DNA of 64,000 bases from a virus: positions 37,474 to 101,473 of IMG/VR virus record IMGVR_UViG_2648501629_000001; one strand, 5' to 3'. Of the stretch, positions 10,620 to 20,900 are shown one piece after another (positions within the stretch are counted from its first letter, which is position 1; every line of letters begins with the position of its first letter). Below the pieces are notes generated by a model that did not search any database, was not told the DNA's origin, and was given only the letters and a program-made list of their open reading frames with translations. Position numbers and translations under genes: made by a program.

Positions 10620-11342
10620 ATGACTAAATTAATCGATTTAACTAAAAAGGCACAGGTTGTATTAGAAAAGAAGAAGATTTTTGGTGAGAAAGCTCAGGCT
10701 GTATATATTACTGATATCTCAGTATCTATGAGAAGTCTTTATAGTAATGGAGTAGTACAAGAGCTAACTGATAGATTGCTTGGAATTGGCATGAATCTAG
10801 ACGTTGATAAGAGTATTGATATGTTTGCATTTGGAAGACATGCACACGAAATTGGTTCTGTAACAGAAGGCAATCATCAAGGGTTTGTAGATAATGTTCT
10901 ACTACGTAAAACATCGTTAGAAGGCTCAACGTACTACGCAGAAGTGATGGATATGGTTGTTAATAAGTATGGTCAGCTACCTGCACAGAAACAAGGATTC
11001 CTTTCAAGATTAATTGGAAGCAAGACTCCTACTGAAAAGCCAACTGTACCTACATTAGTATTCTTTGTAACAGATGGTGATAACTTCGACAAGGCAGAGG
11101 CTGAAAAGATTATTCGTGAATCATCTAATCAAGCAATCTTTTGGCAGTTTGTAGGAGTTGGTAGAGCAAGCTTTGACTTCTTGCAGAAGCTTGATGATAT
11201 GAATGGAAGATTCCTAGACAACGCAAACTTCTTCCATGTTAATGACCTTCGTCAAATCAGTGACGAAGAGTTTATGGACAGAGTATTAAATGAGTTTCCG
11301 CAGTGGATTAAGGAGGCAAGAGCGAAAGGGGTATTAGCATGA
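10620..11342 (+). CDS. vWA-domain protein of the TerF/Ter-associated type
   Basis: MIDAS-like DISVSM, T in EGSTYY, FFVTDG; FWQFVGVG and LDDMNGRFLDNANFF are typical of Ter-linked vWA proteins. Confidence 0.82.
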   Translation: MTKLIDLTKKAQVVLEKKKIFGEKAQAVYITDISVSMRSLYSNGVVQELTDRLLGIGMNLDVDKSIDMFAFGRHAHEIGSVTEGNHQGFVDNVLLRKTSLEGSTYYAEVMDMVVNKYGQLPAQKQGFLSRLIGSKTPTEKPTVPTLVFFVTDGDNFDKAEAEKIIRESSNQAIFWQFVGVGRASFDFLQKLDDMNGRFLDNANFFHVNDLRQISDEEFMDRVLNEFPQWIKEARAKGVLA

Positions 11343-11836
11343 ACATGACAAAACAAACATTATTTAAAGTGCCTGTAGGAGACTGGTCAAAAGATGGTCA
11401 TAACGTTTCAGAAAATTACTATGTGTACAGCAATTATCCTTTAGAGAAAATGCAACAGGCGTATAAGGATACATGTAAGAAGATTGGACTACAAATGAAT
11501 GATAGCTCAACAAATTATACAGGTTTAGACGATGGGGTGGGGACAAGACGTGGATGGAGATGTTTATTGACTGAATATGAAGAGACTACAATCAATAATG
11601 AAGCTATTCATATTCTAGCTGAACATGGTTTTGACTTTAATAGTGTTTTCAAGGACGAGAGTGATGGAACTATGTATTTCACATCCAAGGATGTATTCAA
11701 ACTATTCATGTGGTTTATCTCCTATAGCATGCCAAAAGATTTCGAGTGGAAAGAACTGAGTCTTGACGCAGAGGCAATTGTTGGATATTGGTCAGAATCT
11801 TTAAACCATCAAATTGGATATGGAGTATTTTGCTAG
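11339..11836 (+). CDS. hypothetical protein
   Basis: 165-aa ORF overlapping the vWA stop. Confidence 0.65.
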   Translation: MNMTKQTLFKVPVGDWSKDGHNVSENYYVYSNYPLEKMQQAYKDTCKKIGLQMNDSSTNYTGLDDGVGTRRGWRCLLTEYEETTINNEAIHILAEHGFDFNSVFKDESDGTMYFTSKDVFKLFMWFISYSMPKDFEWKELSLDAEAIVGYWSESLNHQIGYGVFC

Positions 11837-11848
11837 GAGGTTATTCTG

Positions 11849-12133
11849 ATGTGCGAGACTACAGTAGTTAACAAGTATCACAAATTACCATATGACGTGT
11901 ATATTGGTCGTGGCTCGAAATGGGGAAACCCTTTCAGCCATCTACCTAATACACAAGCTATATTCAAAGAAGAAGCTATTGAGATGTATCGAAAATGGAT
12001 TATGTATAAACCAAATCTATTAGCAGAGTTGCATGAGCTGAAAGGAAAGACGCTTGGATGTTTCTGTAAACCCAAGTCATGTCATGGCGATGTATTAATA
12101 GAGTTAATAGATAGATTAGTTAAGGAGGAGTAA
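11849..12133 (+). CDS. DUF4326-like protein
   Basis: YDVYIGRGSKWGNPF...LKGKTLGCFCKPKSCHGDVL. Confidence 0.8.
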   Translation: MCETTVVNKYHKLPYDVYIGRGSKWGNPFSHLPNTQAIFKEEAIEMYRKWIMYKPNLLAELHELKGKTLGCFCKPKSCHGDVLIELIDRLVKEE

Positions 12134-12135
12134 TA

Positions 12136-12570
12136 GTGAAACTGTTAAAAGAAGGATTCCATTATGTATATCAAAAGAAGAATAAAGGAAAATATGTATC
12201 ATTGCCATGGAATATCATTGACCATCAGCGCAGTGAGCTAAGTGAAAAGATTAGAATTCTACTAAGAGAGTGGGATTGTCCATATATTATTCAAAGCGAC
12301 GATGACGCAGAAGGTTTATTAGATGATATTAGTGATAGCGTGAAGTCTTACGATGGTCATTCAGATTGGCTAAATATGCCTTCTGATGGAAGTGATGATT
12401 ATCTACTTCAAGCGTCAGAGAATGTAATAGTCCATGTTTCGGCAAGCGATGAGTATCATGGTAGAGGAGAGACTGAAATATTCGCATGTATCTCAGGCAT
12501 TATCGTTACAGATGAGGTAACAAATGGAGAAATTAAAGCAGTTGTTGATTGGATTAAGTCATTTGAATAG
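12136..12570 (+). CDS. hypothetical protein
   Basis: 144-aa ORF with RBS AAGGAGGAG. Confidence 0.65.
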   Translation: MKLLKEGFHYVYQKKNKGKYVSLPWNIIDHQRSELSEKIRILLREWDCPYIIQSDDDAEGLLDDISDSVKSYDGHSDWLNMPSDGSDDYLLQASENVIVHVSASDEYHGRGETEIFACISGIIVTDEVTNGEIKAVVDWIKSFE

Positions 12571-12582
12571 GAGGAAGATAAA

Positions 12583-13299
12583 ATGTTAAATTTTATCGGT
12601 TGTGGAAGTGCGTTTAATACTAAATTAGGAAATAATGGGGCGTTTATAAGAGATAACGACATGTTGTTTTTAATAGATTGTGGAAGCAGTACCTTTGAGA
12701 GAATCCAAAGAGCAGGGCTATTAGAAGGAGTTAATCATATAACGGTGCTGTTGACGCATACACACCCCGACCATGTAGGCTCTTTAGGAGATTTAATCTT
12801 CTATGGATACTATTCGATGGGAGAACCTATGCAACCAAACGTAACTGTATTTGCGCCATATGATTTAAAAATTCGCCATTTATTAGAAATGATGGGGGTA
12901 GAGAAAAAGACATATAGCTTATCTCAGTTTTATGAGAATGGTGGCGTTCATTATGGCGATTTCCATATAAACTTCAAGGCGATACCTATATCGCATGTTA
13001 CAGAATTAGACTGTTTTGGATATCTAATAAGCTACCAAAATAAATTGGTCTACTATAGTGGGGACTCCAATGATATACCACAGCATATTCTACATGATTT
13101 TGATAAAGGTAAAATCGATTTATTTTATCAAGATACTTGTAAAGCTGATTACGAAGGCAACGTACATCTATCTTTAAGAAAACTAAATGATTTAATTTGG
13201 GTTAATCGAGATAGGGTTTATTGCATGCACCTAGATAATGGATTTGACGTAAAGGAAGCAGAAGAGTTAGGGTTCAATGTTGTAAAACCGATTATCTAA
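12583..13299 (+). CDS. metallo-beta-lactamase-fold hydrolase (RNase Z/Apyc1-like)
   Basis: IGCGSAF, LIDCGS, THTHPDHVG, YSGDS, VHLSL, YCMH. Confidence 0.88.
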   Translation: MLNFIGCGSAFNTKLGNNGAFIRDNDMLFLIDCGSSTFERIQRAGLLEGVNHITVLLTHTHPDHVGSLGDLIFYGYYSMGEPMQPNVTVFAPYDLKIRHLLEMMGVEKKTYSLSQFYENGGVHYGDFHINFKAIPISHVTELDCFGYLISYQNKLVYYSGDSNDIPQHILHDFDKGKIDLFYQDTCKADYEGNVHLSLRKLNDLIWVNRDRVYCMHLDNGFDVKEAEELGFNVVKPII

Positions 13300-13313
13300 A
13301 GGGAGGAATCGTA

Positions 13314-13743
13314 GTGATTTATTGCAATCTTTATAACACTAAGTGTGATGTTGAGAAATCAAATGCAGATGAATATCCAACCCCATGTCACTGGTGCAAT
13401 AGTGGTAAGGGAGACTCTCATAAAGAGTATTTCGTAAAAGTGGATAAACAAGATTTTTACGAATCAGAACGTCAAGATTCAATCAATGAATAAAAACTAC
13501 ATTTTATGAAGAAGGGTGTCTTGTATGAGAAAAGAATTGAACGATTTACTTAGACAGTCAAAGAAAGAGAATCCATGTTTAGAGCCTACTCATATTATCA
13601 TATTCGGAAACAAGGAGGATGAGCAGTTTGAATATGCATTTTGTTTCGAGGAGCAAATTGACCATGCATTAAGTATTTTATATGGAAAAGTTGAGTTTGC
13701 TATTGTTAGAGAAGTTGGGAAAATAGTAGCTAGAATTCAATAA
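13314..13743 (+). CDS. two small hypothetical genes (13314-13493, Cys-containing and not in track; 13516-13743)
   Basis: RBS GGGAGG before GTG 13314; ORF track for the second. Confidence 0.55.
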
Positions 13744-13769
13744 GGCTACATTTATAAAGGAGGATTACT

Positions 13770-14342
13770 ATGAAGACATTTTTTACAAGTGACACACATG
13801 CTTGGCATAAGAACATCTTAAACTTTGAAAAAAGACCATATGCATCTGTTGAAGAGATGACAAAGGATATGATTAAAAAGTGGAATGAGCAAGTTAGCAA
13901 TGAGGATATTGTCTACCATTTAGGCGACCTATGTCTAGGAAACTATGACCCAACAGTTGATGTATTAAAACAACTTAATGGAAAGATTATTCTAATTAAA
14001 GGCAACCACGACCATTCAAAATATTACAAGAAAATCGTTGAAATGGGATTACTACATGAGTATCACGAAGTTGGGATTACCTTAAATTACAACAAACATC
14101 AGATGTGGCTAACCCATTATCCATTTGAGATTGGATTACGCCCACGTAAATGGTCAATTCATGGTCATATCCATGGAATGGAGTCAACTTGGGATAATCA
14201 GATTAACGTTGGGGTAGATAGTCCACACTTCAAGCACAAGCCATTTGGCGAGCTAATTACAATTGATGAGCTGTTTGAAGTAATGGAACAGCGACTACCT
14301 TCAATTGAAGAACGATACATGAATCAAAAATGGAATAGATAG
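13770..14342 (+). CDS. calcineurin-like metallophosphoesterase
   Basis: FTSDTH, YHLGDL, IKGNHD, THYP, HGHIH. Confidence 0.9.
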   Translation: MKTFFTSDTHAWHKNILNFEKRPYASVEEMTKDMIKKWNEQVSNEDIVYHLGDLCLGNYDPTVDVLKQLNGKIILIKGNHDHSKYYKKIVEMGLLHEYHEVGITLNYNKHQMWLTHYPFEIGLRPRKWSIHGHIHGMESTWDNQINVGVDSPHFKHKPFGELITIDELFEVMEQRLPSIEERYMNQKWNR

Positions 14343-14351
14343 GGTGATAGT

Positions 14352-14546
14352 ATGGCAGAGACATATAAGGAGTTGCAACCAGTAAAAGTTGGATATATTT
14401 GCGATGAGTGTTGGGAGGGTGAATTGGTATTTACAGGGATGACCAAAATGTCTAGCCCTCCAATATATGTTCATAAATGCAGTAAGTGTAAAGAAACATT
14501 CAATCTGAGAAAACAGTATCCTACGATTGAATATAAGGAGATATAA
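14352..14546 (+). CDS. small zinc-finger protein
   Basis: CDEC...CSKC; RBS present. Confidence 0.65.
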   Translation: MAETYKELQPVKVGYICDECWEGELVFTGMTKMSSPPIYVHKCSKCKETFNLRKQYPTIEYKEI

Positions 14547-14548
14547 GT

Positions 14549-14899
14549 ATGGCTGAATTAATAGCAGAATTGATATTCGCCATACTAGATATTACTCTTA
14601 GTTGTTTATCTAGCGTTGGTAGCAGAAAGAAAAAGAAGAAATAAGGAGATGGTATTATGTGGAAATTTGCGGAGGAACATCCGATTATGTTTTTACTCCT
14701 TGCGATTATTGCAGTTAATGGAGTATGTAGCGTTATTCAAAGTTTTTGTAGAATCTTTTATTACTAGAAAGGTGGAATTATCTTGAAAAAGGCATTTAAA
14801 ATAGGATGCACTGCATTCTTTACTGTTATCTTTATTAATCTAACAATCTTATGTGGAGTGATTTGGTTCGCATTTTGGTGTTTTAAACAACTATTCTAG
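14549..14899 (+). CDS. three tiny hydrophobic peptides (14549-14644, 31 aa; 14657-14767, 36 aa; 14783-14899, 38 aa), not in ORF track
   Basis: Each is preceded by an RBS (AAGGAG, AAGGAG, AAGGTGG) and encodes one TM-like stretch. Confidence 0.55.
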
Positions 14900-14911
14900 G
14901 AGGTATTTATC

Positions 14912-15643
14912 ATGGAGAGAAAAGTAGTATTAGAAGCTTTAACAGGAAGTCATAACTATAATCTAGCAACAGTAGGGTCAGATAAGGATTACAAGATTTT
15001 TACTACTCCAACGTTCGATGATTTGTACACTGGTAATCGTTATAAGGAGAATATCATTACTGATACAGTTGATAAGGATATCAAAGATATCAGACAGTTA
15101 CCCGATTTATTATGGAAGTCTAATATCGCATATATGGAAATTCTGTTTTCTAATAGTATTGATGCTGTTGGTGGCTTATACGAGTTAATTGGTCTTAAGG
15201 ATGAGATTGCTAGAGTCAATCTTCCTCAGTTATTCAAGTCTACTGGCGGAATGCATAATGAGCGTTTAAAGAGACTTGAGAAGCCTACAGATGGCACTAA
15301 GCATTTAGTAGATATGTACGGATATAATACGAAGGAAGCAATGCATGATATCAGAGGCATGAAGTTACTTGTAGATTTTGAGGCAAATGGCTTTACAGGC
15401 TTTGAAGATGCTTTGAGATATGATGATTATGAGCGACAGGCAATCCTAGACATCAAGAACGGAAGTCTTACAAAGGATGAATTTATCAAGTTTACTACTG
15501 AATATCACGACAAGGTATTTGCGCCTTTAAAAGAGAAGTATTGCTCTCAGAAGCCAAACGAAGAACTTAAAGAGCATATGTATAATATCGTGAAAGACGT
15601 AGTTGAAGAATCTATCTTTATCGATTTGCAAAAAGAATTTTAA
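14912..15643 (+). CDS. Pol-beta-superfamily nucleotidyltransferase (T4 NrdC.11/YcgL-like)
   Basis: LTGSHNYNLAT..SDKDYK motif. Confidence 0.78.
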   Translation: MERKVVLEALTGSHNYNLATVGSDKDYKIFTTPTFDDLYTGNRYKENIITDTVDKDIKDIRQLPDLLWKSNIAYMEILFSNSIDAVGGLYELIGLKDEIARVNLPQLFKSTGGMHNERLKRLEKPTDGTKHLVDMYGYNTKEAMHDIRGMKLLVDFEANGFTGFEDALRYDDYERQAILDIKNGSLTKDEFIKFTTEYHDKVFAPLKEKYCSQKPNEELKEHMYNIVKDVVEESIFIDLQKEF

Positions 15644-15650
15644 AAAAGAT

Positions 15651-15691
15651 TAAACAAAAGTATTGAAATATAAAAATTGCCATGTTAATAT
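15651..15691 (+). promoter_or_regulatory. motif-linked promoter
   Basis: TAAACAAAAGTATTGAAA, 17 bp, TAATAT. Confidence 0.55.
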
Positions 15692-15747
15692 AAGAGAGTA
15701 GTAAATAACACAACAAAAACAAACCAAATGGAGATAGGAGAATAACG

Positions 15748-17820
15748 ATGAATACAACTAAATTAGGATTAGGATTACAATATTATGGATTATACACTGA
15801 CGAGGACAGCGTAAGAGATGGATATCCTCAATTCGAACAAGCAGTAAGCAATCGTTTTGATTCAATTATCGGTGGAGGAAACAGCAAACTATTTACAACA
15901 AACGCAACTGACATATATGAAACTTATTTATCAAACTTACCATTAAATGCTCAACAGCATTACAAATGCAGAGCATGTCAAAACTTCTTTAATAAATATG
16001 GTGGTTTAGTAACAATCGATGAGAATGGCATAATGCAATCTGTACTTTGGGATGAAACATCAGTACCAAAATTCTTTGCTCAAGCAGTGAGAGCTGTAAA
16101 GCGACTTGTATTAAACTCACAAGTGAATGGTGTGTTCTTATCAGATGTTAAAACATTAGGTCAACCAAAAACTGGTGAATGGACTCACATTCATACGAAG
16201 TTACCTACTTCACTAGTACATCGTGATAGATTACTAACAGCAGGACAAAAGATGGCTGAGAAGGCACAAGATTTCCGAATGCTAACAACTGCATTGCAAA
16301 GCTATCCTTTATCAACTGTAGAACAAGCGTTAGCGCTTATCCAATCAGAAACAATGTATCGTTCAGATAGAGTGCTAGGAATTGCTCAATGGTTCAAAGA
16401 TGTAATGGTGAAACGTGATTCTATTCTAAATCCTGAGCAAAAGCGAAACTTCACATGGTTCGTAGTAGCAACTGCTCCAACAGGATATACTCACGTTAGA
16501 AGTTCTATGATTGGAACATTGCTAGACGACATTCAATTAAGAATGCAACCTTCACTTGTAGCCGCTAGATTCGCTGACAAGATGAGACCTGAGAACTTCA
16601 TGCGTTCACAATCTGCTCCATCTGACAACGCAATCTATGAGGCAGAAAAGCTAGTAGCGAAATTAGGTATTGAAACAGCATTACAACGTAGATACGCTAA
16701 ATTTGAGGAAGTGCCTTTATTATGGAAGCCAAATGCAGTAGTTAATAGATTGATGGGTGAACAGGCTAGAGGCGGAGTATTTGGTCACTTAACATCTAAA
16801 AACAACACTGCTTCTAACACAATGAATTTACCAACTTCTGTTATGACGTGGGCTAAATTCCATAGAACTGTAATACCAACGGCAGATAAGATTGAGGTTC
16901 TAGTTGATAATCCTAATCGATTAATGGCGCTAGTTACAGCATCCGATGAAAATGCAAAGAATATTATGCAATGGGACAACCCATTCTCTTGGTACTACCA
17001 TGGTGGTATTGATGCTGAAATGAAGAGACGTGTCGAAGAAGCAGGTGGTCGCTATGAAAATAACGAAATTCGATGCTCACTACTATGGGAAGGCTTAACT
17101 GACCTTGACTTACATTGCATTACTCCAACAGGAGAGCATATCAACTATGGTCATAAACGTGGTCGTTGCGGTGGCTACCTAGACTTAGATATGAATGGTC
17201 TAGATAAGAGCAGTTCAACGCCAGTGGAAAATATGAGATGGTCTACAGCGCCACAAGGTCGCTATCGCTTCTATGTTAATAACTTTAGCGAGCGAGTAAA
17301 TGGGCGTAAAGGAACTCCATTTAAAGTTGAATTAGAGATTAATGGACAAATTTATAACTATGAAGGCGAAGCTTTACAAGAGAAGAGAGATATTACAGTA
17401 TTCGAGTTTGACTACATCAGAGGACAACAACCTGTTATCAGAAGCAATTCACAAGCTTCTAACAACGAATGGTCTGTTGATACAGGGAAATTTGTAAAAG
17501 TAAATGGTATCACTTATTCACCTAACTTATGGAGTGACCATCCAGTTGTTGGCGCAGGAACTCATGTGTTCTTCCTACTAGATGGAGTTCAAGACCTATC
17601 AGAAGGAAGAGGACGAGGATTCTTCAACGAGACTCTGAAATCAGATTTAAGACAGATTCGCAAGACTCTAGAATTGTATACTGCTAACACTCCAATTGAA
17701 GATGCTGATGAGGCAACCGCATGTGGTGTTGGATATTCTAAAGACAACGAATGGAATCTAACGGTTAAAGTAACAACTGGCAATTCTTCACGAATCATCA
17801 AGATTGACCGTTGGGATTGA
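15748..17820 (+). CDS. 690-aa phage protein with a C-terminal YfaP/DUF2135-like domain
   Basis: CSLLWEGLTDLDLHCITP...GGYLDLDMNG...PVENMRW...GRYRFYVNNF. Confidence 0.65.
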   Translation: MNTTKLGLGLQYYGLYTDEDSVRDGYPQFEQAVSNRFDSIIGGGNSKLFTTNATDIYETYLSNLPLNAQQHYKCRACQNFFNKYGGLVTIDENGIMQSVLWDETSVPKFFAQAVRAVKRLVLNSQVNGVFLSDVKTLGQPKTGEWTHIHTKLPTSLVHRDRLLTAGQKMAEKAQDFRMLTTALQSYPLSTVEQALALIQSETMYRSDRVLGIAQWFKDVMVKRDSILNPEQKRNFTWFVVATAPTGYTHVRSSMIGTLLDDIQLRMQPSLVAARFADKMRPENFMRSQSAPSDNAIYEAEKLVAKLGIETALQRRYAKFEEVPLLWKPNAVVNRLMGEQARGGVFGHLTSKNNTASNTMNLPTSVMTWAKFHRTVIPTADKIEVLVDNPNRLMALVTASDENAKNIMQWDNPFSWYYHGGIDAEMKRRVEEAGGRYENNEIRCSLLWEGLTDLDLHCITPTGEHINYGHKRGRCGGYLDLDMNGLDKSSSTPVENMRWSTAPQGRYRFYVNNFSERVNGRKGTPFKVELEINGQIYNYEGEALQEKRDITVFEFDYIRGQQPVIRSNSQASNNEWSVDTGKFVKVNGITYSPNLWSDHPVVGAGTHVFFLLDGVQDLSEGRGRGFFNETLKSDLRQIRKTLELYTANTPIEDADEATACGVGYSKDNEWNLTVKVTTGNSSRIIKIDRWD

Positions 17821-17900
17821 TTTTAAAACAATAAAACAAATGTATTGATAATTGTAGGCTAATCATAATTTTGGTTAGCCTACAAACAAGGAGGCAACCT

Positions 17901-20900
17901 ATGACATACGATGGAATTAGTAGTGCAGAGAGCGCACAATTTGATGGGTTATTTTACACTCAAATTCATCTTCATACAGATTTATCAAACCCAAACATGG
18001 TTGAAGTTGTAAACAACTATAAGCAATATATTGATAAAGCAGTCAAGATGGGGATGAAGGCTATAGCTTTCACAGAGCATGGAAATGTCTTATCTTGGTA
18101 CAACAAGAAGATGTATGCAGAGAAGAATGGTCTTAAGTATCTTCATGGCTGTGAAGTATATGTAACCATGACGCTTGAAGAGAAGAAGCGTGACAACTTC
18201 CATATGGTTCTAATAGCAAAGAACTACGAAGGGTTTAAAGAGTTGAATAAGATGGTATCTACTGGATTCGATAGAAAAGGCAATAACTTCTACTACAATC
18301 CTCGTATCTCTTGGGAAGATATCAAGAATACATCTGATAATATCATTATCTCGACAGCTTGCCTAGGTGGTATCATTTGGCAGTTACACAAAAATAGAAC
18401 TGGTAGCGAGTACGCAGGGGATAAGCTTCAAGAAGTTATCGAATGGTTTACTAAGAATAAGCATCGTGCGTTTTTGGAGATTCAGCCTCACAGACATCTT
18501 GAGCAGATTCAATACAATAGATTATTGAAGAAGATTTCTCAAGAAACTGGTATTAAATTAGTCGCAGGTTCTGATACACATGCGTTAAATGAAGAGTATG
18601 ATGATGCTCGTAAGGTTCTTCAAAAGGCTAAGAAAATCAAGTTCACTGATGAAGATAGCTTCGACCTGAGTATGCACTCTTATGAGAAGATGTTTAAGAT
18701 GTTTCAAGCTCAAGATTCGTTCACTGATGAAGAAATTCATGAAGCAATGCAAAATACAAACTTAATCGCAGACTTAGTAGAGCCTTGGGAGATTGATTAT
18801 AGCAAGAAGTATCCACAGTTATACGATAATCCTGACGAGGTGTTCCAACAAAAGATTGCAGAAGGTATCAAGTTTCGTGGAATAGATAAGCTCCCACACC
18901 ATGAGAAGATTATCTACGCAGAGCGAATTCAGCACGAATTAGAAGTATATAAAGCGAATGACGCTGTTAACTACATGCTTCTAGAGGATGATGTAAAGAC
19001 ACATGCTCGTAAGAATGGTGTCCCATATGGGTTTGGGCGTGGTTCTGTATCAGGTTCAATTATTGCCTATCTAATGCAGATTACACACATGGATTCAATT
19101 AAACGAGGTCTTAACTTTGCTCGATTCATGAGTAAAGAGCGCATATCTTTAGCGGATATCGATACAGACTATGCACCAAATAAGCGACATATTATACAGG
19201 ATTACTTGATTGACCATCCTACGCTAAGCTGTGCGAAGATTGTAACCTATAACAAAGTAGAGTTACTGTCATCTATTCGTGACATTGGTCGAGGATTAGA
19301 AATGCCTCTAGATGTAGTTGACGAGATTGCTAATGGAGTTGAGACAAACGAGGATTACTATCGTGATAAATATCCTAAGCTATTCCACTATGTAGACTTA
19401 ATTAAGGGTACAATCGTTTCTATTGGAGCGCATGCTTGTGGAATCGCAGTCTCACCAATTCCATTAGATGAGCATATGGGATTAATTACAGCGATTGATA
19501 ATAAGACAAAGCTTCCTGTAACATTAACTCAAATCAATATGAAGGAAATCGATGCACAGAACTTTGTAAAACTTGATGTACTTGGGCTAGATACAGTTGA
19601 ATTAGTTGATGAGACAGTGAACCTTGCAGGATTGAAATTCGCAGACATTCTACCTGAGAATCTTGATTCAGAGGATGAAAAGGTTTGGGCATCAATCATT
19701 GATAATAACATCGGCATCTTCCAATGGGAATCAGATTATGCCCATCAATGTTATAAGGATTTATTCGACCCAAAAACAATTCAAAAGGTTAAAGAGTCGA
19801 ACCCTAATGCAACCTATATCGACCTGTTTTCACTTGGCAACGCATCTATTCGACCATCAGGTGCTTCGTATCGTGATAGATTGTATGCAGGAGAGTTTAA
19901 TAGTCAAGGATTGGAGGCACTGGATAAATTCCTTTCTAATTCACAGGGATACATGGTATATCAAGAGCAAATCATCGAGTTCCTCGTACAGTTCTGTGGG
20001 TACAGCCAAGGGCAGGCAGACGTTGTAAGACGTGCGATTGGGAAGAAAGACCATGATGCATTAAACAAGGTTATTCCTGAGATTAAAGAGCGTTTCATTA
20101 ATACTTTAATTAACGAATATCACGTCCCAAAAGAGAATGTAGAAGAAATTGCTATGTCATTTATCCAAGTAATCATGGATGCTTCCGATTATGGTTTCTC
20201 TATTAATCACTCAGATGCTTATAGTTGGCTAGGTTATGCTTCTGCATGGCTACGATACTATTATCCTTTAGAATTTATTACAGCGAATCTGAACGTGAAT
20301 ATCGCTAAGCAAGACAAGACGACAAAGCTGATTGAGTATGCAAAGTCACAAGGAGTAGAGATTAATCCAATCAAATTTAGATACTCTCGCAGTGGATACA
20401 TGTTTGATAAGGATACAAACTCAATCTATCAAGGTATTCACCCAGTTAAATTCTTAAACGCTCAACTGGCAGATGGGTTATATGAATTGCGTGACAACCA
20501 GTACAATAGCTTCGTAGATTTACTAATGGATATCAAGGATGGGGCGCATACACTTGAATTCGCAACAGTGACAGAAGAAAAGACACATGTAGAGGATATA
20601 GATGATGAGACAGGTGAACCTATAACTCTTACAGATATAATCTATCAAAAAGACTTTGACAATCTTTCTAAGTCAGTTGACTATAGAGAGTTTCTATTAC
20701 AGGATTTCTCCAAGGCAGAAATGAAGGAAATCAACAAGTTAGAGAAGATAGGTGCAATTAGACAGGTCTGTAAGCCATCTGTATCAATCAACTCTAAGCA
20801 AATGAAAATCTTAATATCTCTAAACTACTTTAGTGAGTTTGGTGGCAATAAGAAGCTTCTTGATATCTTTGAAGCATTTGACAAGGAGTATAAACCAAGT

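Noticed and set aside
12583-15643. NAD-reconstitution (NARP) pathway
   Set aside because: No PRPP-synthetase-like, NAMPT-like or NMNAT (HxGH) gene recognised in the window
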